Source: Saprospiraceae bacterium
GTDB taxonomy: Bacteria > Bacteroidota > Bacteroidia > Chitinophagales > Saprospiraceae
Direction of reading: 5' to 3'
Length of the DNA: 64,000 bases
NCBI GenBank assembly: GCA_020629255.1
Contig: JAHDDR010000001.1
Span: 8,924-72,923, forward strand
In this document: one piece after another, positions 58,523-64,000 of the stretch
Layout of the letters: every line of letters starts with the position of its first letter
How positions within the stretch are numbered: the first letter of the stretch is position 1
Notes under the pieces: generated by a model
Databases searched by the model: none
What the model was told of the DNA's origin: nothing
Seen by the model: the letters and a program-made list of their open reading frames with translations, nothing else
Translations under genes and position numbers: made by a program

Positions 58523-59383
58523 TCAGAATTCTATTTTATACTCTTCTTGGAGCTTTCTATTCGCATCTTGATAATAACTATTTAGTTCTTCTTTTATCTG
58601 GGGATCCATTTTGGGAATTTTCAAATCCTTCATATTGATTCTCTCTACAAATGTTTTCACTTTCAATCTCATTTCCGGAGACACTATTCTGGAAACGACA
58701 TCTTTGAATTTACCTCGACTATGTACCCCAAAAAGAGAAGCTAGCCAGACGTATTTTATTTGTTTTGATTTATTCTTAATTTCATTTTTAACTTGGAAAG
58801 GCTTTAACTCTGCAAATTGAAAAATATTCTCACAAACAGCTACTGCATCTTTTTTAAAATCATTAAAATTGATAACCTTAATTTGTTTCCGATCAAAATA
58901 CTTCTCTACTGTTTGTAAGTAATCATAATAATTTCCTCGTTGCACATAATCACAACTTCGAATCATGAAATCATTTCCCGGAAATCTTTCAGCTGAAGAG
59001 GTTTTATAAATATCTTCAAATCTCTCTGCTCTTTCTGCTCCAATACTTTTCATGTACCAAAATGCAGAATATGCCCTGTCTGCCGGGTTTCTTAAAATAA
59101 CTATAATCTTGGCATGTGGATTGTGATCCTTAAGCCTTTCCAAAGCCTTCTCGCTTTCAAAAATCCCTACATTTTTTGCTAGGGCGATTTTATTGTGATC
59201 CGTTTCAGAAAAATAATGATTATACATTTTTTCATATCCTTGATTATAATGATTATCATGGATAAAGAAACCTATCTCACCTGTAATATGAGAATTAATT
59301 TCCGGGTGTTGCCCCAATAATCTGAATAATGATGATGTTCCTGCTTTTTGGGTTCCTATAATTATTAAGTCTAATTTTTGCAT
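58523..59383 (-). CDS. Sulfotransferase (PAPS-dependent), heparan-sulfate-sulfotransferase-like P-loop
   Basis: Start moved to M19 (ATG 59383), which removes a 41-nt overlap. 5'-PSB loop LIIIGTQKAGTSSLFRLL. 3'-PB-like motif VILRNPADRAYSAFWY. Confidence 0.85.
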   Translation of the reverse strand: MQKLDLIIIGTQKAGTSSLFRLLGQHPEINSHITGEIGFFIHDNHYNQGYEKMYNHYFSETDHNKIALAKNVGIFESEKALERLKDHNPHAKIIVILRNPADRAYSAFWYMKSIGAERAERFEDIYKTSSAERFPGNDFMIRSCDYVQRGNYYDYLQTVEKYFDRKQIKVINFNDFKKDAVAVCENIFQFAELKPFQVKNEIKNKSKQIKYVWLASLFGVHSRGKFKDVVSRIVSPEMRLKVKTFVERINMKDLKIPKMDPQIKEELNSYYQDANRKLQEEYKIEF

Positions 59384-59396
59384 GACAGCACTTTTT

Positions 59397-60728
59397 CTAT
59401 TCTTGTCTAATTGTAATTCCGACCCACTCAAGTTCACTAATTTTTTGTTCTAGTGAATCAACTGTTGTTCCGATGATGTTTTCTTTTTCATATGGATCAT
59501 TAACTAAATCATAAAACCTTTTTTGTCCATCTATTTTAACTATCAATTTGTAATCCATATCAGAAACTGCCCAACCAGAAACCATATCAGTATAATTGTA
59601 ATGCCTTTTATTGTCTATGGTTTCTCCAGCCAACAAACCTTTAAAACTATAACCATCATTAATTACCGGCCCACCCGTGCTTGTCAATTCTGCTATTGTT
59701 GGAAAAAGATCCGTTGTTGAAACTAATGCCTGTTCCCTTTCACCCCTTCTGGTTACTCCGTTCCCAGCAACAACCATTGGTACATTGATTCCGCCTTGAA
59801 AAAGTGTCCCTTTGGATTGGTTGGGTAAAAAGGGTTCCCTTAATACTTCTTTAGGTGTACCATTATCTGAAATAAAAATAATGGTTGTATTCTCTAAAAC
59901 TGTAGGATCAATTGATGAAAGCAGCCTTCCCATTTCAGTATCCATTGCTTCTAACATGGCGTGATAATATGGAACAGGGTTGGCTTCAATGTCAGCTTCT
60001 CCTACTGGTAAATTTCCTTGACTGTGCAAATCATTGGGTGGCAAATGGAATGGGGTGTGTGGTGCGTTGTAAGCCAACCATAAAAACCATGGAGAAGTTC
60101 CCCGATCTTCTATCCAACGAATGGCTGCGTTGGTATTGGCTGTAGTTGCATAGGTATTTGAGTTTTTTGTATTTCCATTTACAGTTCTCCTCCATTTGTA
60201 GTAACTATCCAAAGTACCCCTAATCAAACCATCAAAATAGGGAATTCCCATTTTTCTTGGATAATCGTTATCATTTACTTCATTGTTCAGATGCCATTTC
60301 CCTATAATGGATTGACAATAAGTATTGGGTGCTTTTTCTTCAATGTATTGCTGAATAGTTTGCTCTGATACTGGCAATGTATTTTGATCTGGTATATTAA
60401 CTACACCTGTTCTCACTCCATGTTTTCCCGTTATTAGAGATGCTCTAGTGGGTGCACACATGGGAGAAGACCAAACATTATCAAATACGACGCCATCATT
60501 ACATAAGGATTCCAAGGTTGGCATGTTGGGTAATATACTATTGTGGTCATAGCAGGGTGAGGAATCTAATCCTAAATCATCAGCAATAATAAAAAGTACA
60601 TTTCCTCGATTAGAGTTGATTGGCCTAACACAATCGTCCAACTCAATATCTTTGCATGCCCATACCGTTAACACAATTATTGCTCCTACAAAAAATACTC
60701 GCCGTTTTATACTATTTTTTCTAAACAT
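59397..60728 (-). CDS. Cys-type (formylglycine) sulfatase, lipoprotein
   Basis: 443 aa. Lipobox LTVWAC followed by KDIELDD. Metal-site motif NVLFIIADDLGLD. Formylglycine motif SSPMCAPTRASLITGKHG (C-x-P-x-R). Confidence 0.9.
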   Translation of the reverse strand: MFRKNSIKRRVFFVGAIIVLTVWACKDIELDDCVRPINSNRGNVLFIIADDLGLDSSPCYDHNSILPNMPTLESLCNDGVVFDNVWSSPMCAPTRASLITGKHGVRTGVVNIPDQNTLPVSEQTIQQYIEEKAPNTYCQSIIGKWHLNNEVNDNDYPRKMGIPYFDGLIRGTLDSYYKWRRTVNGNTKNSNTYATTANTNAAIRWIEDRGTSPWFLWLAYNAPHTPFHLPPNDLHSQGNLPVGEADIEANPVPYYHAMLEAMDTEMGRLLSSIDPTVLENTTIIFISDNGTPKEVLREPFLPNQSKGTLFQGGINVPMVVAGNGVTRRGEREQALVSTTDLFPTIAELTSTGGPVINDGYSFKGLLAGETIDNKRHYNYTDMVSGWAVSDMDYKLIVKIDGQKRFYDLVNDPYEKENIIGTTVDSLEQKISELEWVGITIRQE

Positions 60729-62116
60729 TACTTCCGTTTTAATAAAAATATGGGTAGGGTTATTATTTTAAATTCTCTATATACCAATATCGCTGCTAAA
60801 ATGTTCTGTAATATAATCGCCGTTGTTGATGCTATCGCTGCTCCTATTGTTCCAATTAATGGTACGAGAATGATATTTAGGCCCACAATTGTAATGGCGG
60901 ATACCATCATGGTGTTCCTCATTAATTTTTCTCGTCCTCCTACTATCAATATCAAGCCGACGGGTCCTAACATCACTCCGATGAGTTTACCAATAAGTAA
61001 AACTTGGAGCAATGTGCCTCCTCCTGTAAAATCATTACCAAAAATGGACATGGTGAAATTGGCAAAAATGATTAGAAATAAAAACACCGGCAAAACCAAA
61101 AGCAATACTAATAGGGTTGCTCTCTGCGTGGTTTTTTCTAATAGATCTTTTTGTCCTTTGGCAATGAATTGCCCAATTTTTGATGTTAGTATCGTATTAA
61201 AAGCTATCAAGAATAAGGATGTAATGATGGCTACTCTTTGGGCTATTGCAAATTGTCCGATTTGGGCATCTTCAACCCAAAATGCAAGAAGGAACGTTGG
61301 TGCCCAAATAATGATTTGTTGAAATAATGACAGACCAAACAGGGGCATGCTACTTTTCATCAAATCTTTTGCTTCGAAATCTTCTGTGGGTTCTTCATTA
61401 TTTTGATAAATCTTTTCGTTACTGAAATACCAAAATAATATTCCTACTACTGCCATGATACATACGGCTACATCGTAGGTCCATATCATGCCTATCAAGC
61501 CAAATTCGGGAACGATGGTCAATACTCCAATAATGGCCAGTGCCGGCAAGAAACTCTTCATTGCCAAACTCATAGGAATCCTTTTCAATCCTTTGAAGGC
61601 TTCGGTTAAACTACCCAAAAACATCAAAGGAATAATCGTAAGGATAAACCATCTGATGGGTTCTCCGAGGTTGGGTCTATCCAGGATTTCTTTTGCTAAA
61701 AGATCGCTTCCTAAATATAACAGAACAGAGACGAGCACTCCTGAAAGCAGACTAATCTTTGCTCCTAGATTGAAAACTTTTCGAACCGTACTCCAATCTT
61801 TCTTGGCGGCATATATGGGAACGAACCTCATAATGGCTTTGTCGATACCCAAAATGCCCAACATAACTGCTATGTTTACTATTGAAAAGCAAAGAAAATA
61901 TTTCCCTACTTCACTGGCTCCCAACGTTCTCGATAATAATACATTAAATAGGAACTGAAACCCTGCAGCAGATATTTTTATGATAAAGGAAATAGATGCC
62001 CATTTCGCTATATCCCTTATATGCCCATCCTTAAAAAAGGATTGGAGTTTTACTTTTATGCCTTGTGATTGTACAGGTAGTTCCTTATCGAGAATCTCTT
62101 CTTCAATTCTATCCAA
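60728..62116 (-). CDS. wzx: Second oligosaccharide-unit flippase (MOP superfamily, Wzx-type)
   Basis: 462 aa, polytopic. Shows ISFIIKISAAGFQFLFNVLLSRTLGASEVGKYF. 1-nt overlap with the sulfatase start. Confidence 0.75.
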   Translation of the reverse strand: MDRIEEEILDKELPVQSQGIKVKLQSFFKDGHIRDIAKWASISFIIKISAAGFQFLFNVLLSRTLGASEVGKYFLCFSIVNIAVMLGILGIDKAIMRFVPIYAAKKDWSTVRKVFNLGAKISLLSGVLVSVLLYLGSDLLAKEILDRPNLGEPIRWFILTIIPLMFLGSLTEAFKGLKRIPMSLAMKSFLPALAIIGVLTIVPEFGLIGMIWTYDVAVCIMAVVGILFWYFSNEKIYQNNEEPTEDFEAKDLMKSSMPLFGLSLFQQIIIWAPTFLLAFWVEDAQIGQFAIAQRVAIITSLFLIAFNTILTSKIGQFIAKGQKDLLEKTTQRATLLVLLLVLPVFLFLIIFANFTMSIFGNDFTGGGTLLQVLLIGKLIGVMLGPVGLILIVGGREKLMRNTMMVSAITIVGLNIILVPLIGTIGAAIASTTAIILQNILAAILVYREFKIITLPIFLLKRK

Positions 62117-62125
62117 ATCGGCTAA

Positions 62126-63076
62126 TTATTTTACGACCGTCTTAAAGTATTCGTAGGTTCTACGAAGTCCTTCTGCCCTATCAATTTTCGGTTCCCAATC
62201 CAATACTTCTTTAGCTAAGGAAATATCCGGTCTTCTTCTTTTCGGATCATCTTTTGGTAAAGGTTTATAACATAGTTTGGATGTTGTTCCTTCTACCAAT
62301 TTCAATATTTCACGCCCAAAATCATTCATCGTGATTTCAGCCGGGTTCCCTACGTTTACCGGAAGGTGGTAATCGCTCATCAATAGACGATAAATTCCTT
62401 CTACTAAATCATCTACATAACAGAACGAACGGGTTTGTTCCCCATCTCCGAAAACAGTCAAATCTTCTCCTCTTATGGCTTGAGAGAAAAATGCCGGAAG
62501 CACCCTACCATCGTCGGTTCTCATTCTAGGTCCGTATGTATTGAAAATTCTTACAATTCTTGTTTCCAAACCATGGTACGTATGATATGCCATCGTTAAT
62601 GCTTCTTGGAACCTTTTGGCTTCATCGTATACCCCTCTAGGTCCAATCGGATTTACATTTCCCCAATAATCTTCTTTTTGTGGATGAACCAATGGATCTC
62701 CATATACCTCGGAAGTGGAAGCAATTAGCATTCTCGCATTTTTTACTCTTGCTAATCCTAGTAGATTATGTGTTCCCAAAGAACCTACTTTCATGGTTTG
62801 GATGGGCATTTGCAAGTAATCTATCGGACTGGCCGGAGAGGCAAAATGTAGAATGTAATCTAATTCTCCTGGTACGTGAACGAATTTACTCACATCGTGG
62901 TGGTAAAATTCGAAGTCTTTTCTTGGAAACAGGTGTTCGATATTTTTAATGTTTCCTGTTAGGAGGTTATCCATACCAATTACATGGTATCCTTCTTTCA
63001 GGAAACGATCACTCAAATGTGATCCTAAAAAGCCTGCTGCTCCTGTAATGAGTACTCTTCCTGATGATTTTTCCAT
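62126..63076 (-). CDS. UDP-glucuronate decarboxylase (UDP-xylose synthase)
   Basis: 316 aa. Shows [50 protein letters not shown] and [10 protein letters not shown], typical of the UXS subgroup of extended SDRs. Confidence 0.85.
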   Translation of the reverse strand: MEKSSGRVLITGAAGFLGSHLSDRFLKEGYHVIGMDNLLTGNIKNIEHLFPRKDFEFYHHDVSKFVHVPGELDYILHFASPASPIDYLQMPIQTMKVGSLGTHNLLGLARVKNARMLIASTSEVYGDPLVHPQKEDYWGNVNPIGPRGVYDEAKRFQEALTMAYHTYHGLETRIVRIFNTYGPRMRTDDGRVLPAFFSQAIRGEDLTVFGDGEQTRSFCYVDDLVEGIYRLLMSDYHLPVNVGNPAEITMNDFGREILKLVEGTTSKLCYKPLPKDDPKRRRPDISLAKEVLDWEPKIDRAEGLRRTYEYFKTVVK

Positions 63077-63103
63077 TTTCTTAATTATCTCTGTTTGATG
63101 ATT

Positions 63104-63658
63104 TTAGTCCTCGAATGGCACCAACTCTTGGATGGTCGGTCCGATTTTATCTTTATCTGAAACGATGAATTTATTTTCGGGTATGCCCCAATCTATATTG
63201 ACTGTTGGATCGTTGTAAATGAGGCTTCCTTCACTTTCTTTCGAATACAGATTATCGCATTTATAGGCAAATACAGTGTTATCTTCCAGCACGACAAAGC
63301 CATGTGCGAAACCTCTGGGCACGAATAGCTGGTGCTTGTTTTCTTCGCTCAGTATTGCTCCAACGTATTGTCCATAAGTAGATGATCCTTTCCGTATATC
63401 TACGGCAACATCATATACTTTTCCTTTGACAACTCTTACCAGTTTTGCTTGGGCGAATGGTGGTCTTTGGAAATGTAAGCCTCTTAATACTCCGTAAGAA
63501 GATTTGGATTCGTTGTCCTGAACAAAATCGGGTAGAAAACCGGTTTGTTTTTTGAATTTTTGGGCATTGAAGCTTTCGAAAAAATATCCTCTTTCGTCGG
63601 CGAATACCCGAGGTTTGATTAATAGAACATCTGGTATGGCTAATGGAGTGATTTCCAT
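63104..63658 (-). CDS. rfbC: dTDP-4-dehydrorhamnose 3,5-epimerase
   Basis: 184 aa. Shows FADERGYFFESF, LRGLHFQ, KLVRVVKGKVYDVAVDIRKGSSTYGQ and GFAHGF. Confidence 0.9.
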   Translation of the reverse strand: MEITPLAIPDVLLIKPRVFADERGYFFESFNAQKFKKQTGFLPDFVQDNESKSSYGVLRGLHFQRPPFAQAKLVRVVKGKVYDVAVDIRKGSSTYGQYVGAILSEENKHQLFVPRGFAHGFVVLEDNTVFAYKCDNLYSKESEGSLIYNDPTVNIDWGIPENKFIVSDKDKIGPTIQELVPFED

Positions 63659-63666
63659 CTAATGTT

Positions 63667-64000
63667 TTATTTTCTTATGATTTTCATGAGATATTTACCG
63701 TAACCACTCTTTATCAATGGTTGTGCAATTCGTTCTACTTGTTCTTGGTCGATGAATCCCATTTTATAGGCGATTTCTTCAATACAACCTACTTTGTATC
63801 CTTGTCTTTGTTCGATGACGCGTACAAATTCTGAGGCATCACTCAAAGAATTAAACGTTCCTGTATCTAGCCAAGCGGTTCCTCGATCCATGATGCCCGC
63901 TTTGAGTTCTCCTTTTTCGAGATAGTATTTATTGACATCTGTTATCTCGTATTCTCCTCTTGCCGATGGTTGGATATTTTTGGCTACATCTACTACTTTA
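63667..64000 (-). CDS. rfbA: Glucose-1-phosphate thymidylyltransferase, 3' part (runs off the right window edge)
   Basis: The frame stays open upstream of the listed Met. Manual translation of 63892-64000 gives ..KNIQPSARGEYEITDVNKYYLEKGELKAGIMDRGTAWLDTGT.., the conserved RfbA C-terminal region. Confidence 0.9.
   Translation of the reverse strand, partial: KVVDVAKNIQPSARGEYEITDVNKYYLEKGELKAGIMDRGTAWLDTGTFNSLSDASEFVRVIEQRQGYKVGCIEEIAYKMGFIDQEQVERIAQPLIKSGYGKYLMKIIRK

Noticed and set aside
59384-59437. 18-codon extension of the fourth sulfotransferase overlapping the sulfatase by 41 nt
   Set aside because: The internal ATG at 59383 puts the PAPS P-loop at the usual distance from the N-terminus and removes the overlap.
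17380-60728. A heparinase-like protein, sulfatase and glycoside hydrolase read as a polysaccharide utilisation locus (PUL)
   Set aside because: There is no SusC/SusD pair, no hybrid two-component or ECF regulator, and the heparinase-like protein lacks a signal peptide. All of these genes are embedded among glycosyltransferases, flippases and polymerases, so a biosynthetic context is favoured.
60750-61322. 190-aa plus-strand ORF (with a 156-aa one at 61488-61958) opposite the second wzx
   Set aside because: These are antisense shadow ORFs inside a long AT-biased membrane-protein gene. The products are hydrophobic low-complexity mirrors with no motifs, and the minus-strand CDS explains the region.
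1-64000. Search for tRNA/rRNA genes, CRISPR arrays, IS elements, integrases, toxin-antitoxin or defence genes
   Set aside because: No T-loop-like GGTTCGAATCC-type sequences occur in the intergenic gaps. There are no regularly spaced direct repeats and no transposase-, integrase- or nuclease-like ORFs. The few non-coding gaps are at most 259 nt.

Overview
This AT-rich window looks like Bacteroidota. Hand counts on single 60-nt lines gave about 17-48% GC. The hallmarks are a T9SS type-A C-terminal sorting domain, several SpII-type lipoproteins and very tight gene packing. Almost all 64 kb is one surface-polysaccharide biosynthesis supercluster of 56 CDS. Forty-nine of them run consecutively on the minus strand (6586-64000), with many 1-26 nt overlaps.

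Recognisable content:
- dTDP-sugar genes: partial rfbA, rfbC and a WecE-type 4-aminotransferase.
- A UDP-xylose synthase and the GDP-L-fucose pathway (manC, gmd, fcl).
- A pseudaminic-acid operon (pseB, pseC, pseG-GNAT fusion, pseI), interrupted by an aldo/keto reductase, a SpsF-like cytidylyltransferase and a class-III aminotransferase.
- A TviB/WbpO-type UDP-HexNAc dehydrogenase and a WecB 2-epimerase.
- 11 glycosyltransferases (3 GT2, 7 GT4, 1 GT9) and one polyprenyl-phosphate sugar phosphotransferase.
- Two Wzx flippases, two Wzy-type polymerases and two Wzi/RemB-like outer-membrane barrels.
- 4 methyltransferases and 2 hexapeptide acetyltransferases.

Most unusual content:
- Four cytoplasmic sulfotransferases, plus a lipoprotein Cys-type sulfatase and a clan GH-A-like lipoprotein hydrolase, sit inside a Wzx/Wzy module. 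This suggests a sulfated polysaccharide pathway with built-in editing enzymes.
- A translationally overlapped pair of PLP enzymes (class-V-fold enzyme plus fold-type-III decarboxylase) lies between the sugar dehydrogenase and pseB.
- A cassette encodes a bi-domain oxidoreductase, an alpha/alpha-toroid protein, a formyltransferase, a heparinase II/III-like protein and WecB.
- A Wzt_C-like fragment is followed by two tandem FkbM methyltransferases at the left edge.

I saw no rRNA, tRNA, CRISPR, transposase, integrase or phage genes. All functional calls come from motif recognition in the supplied translations. No database search was run.
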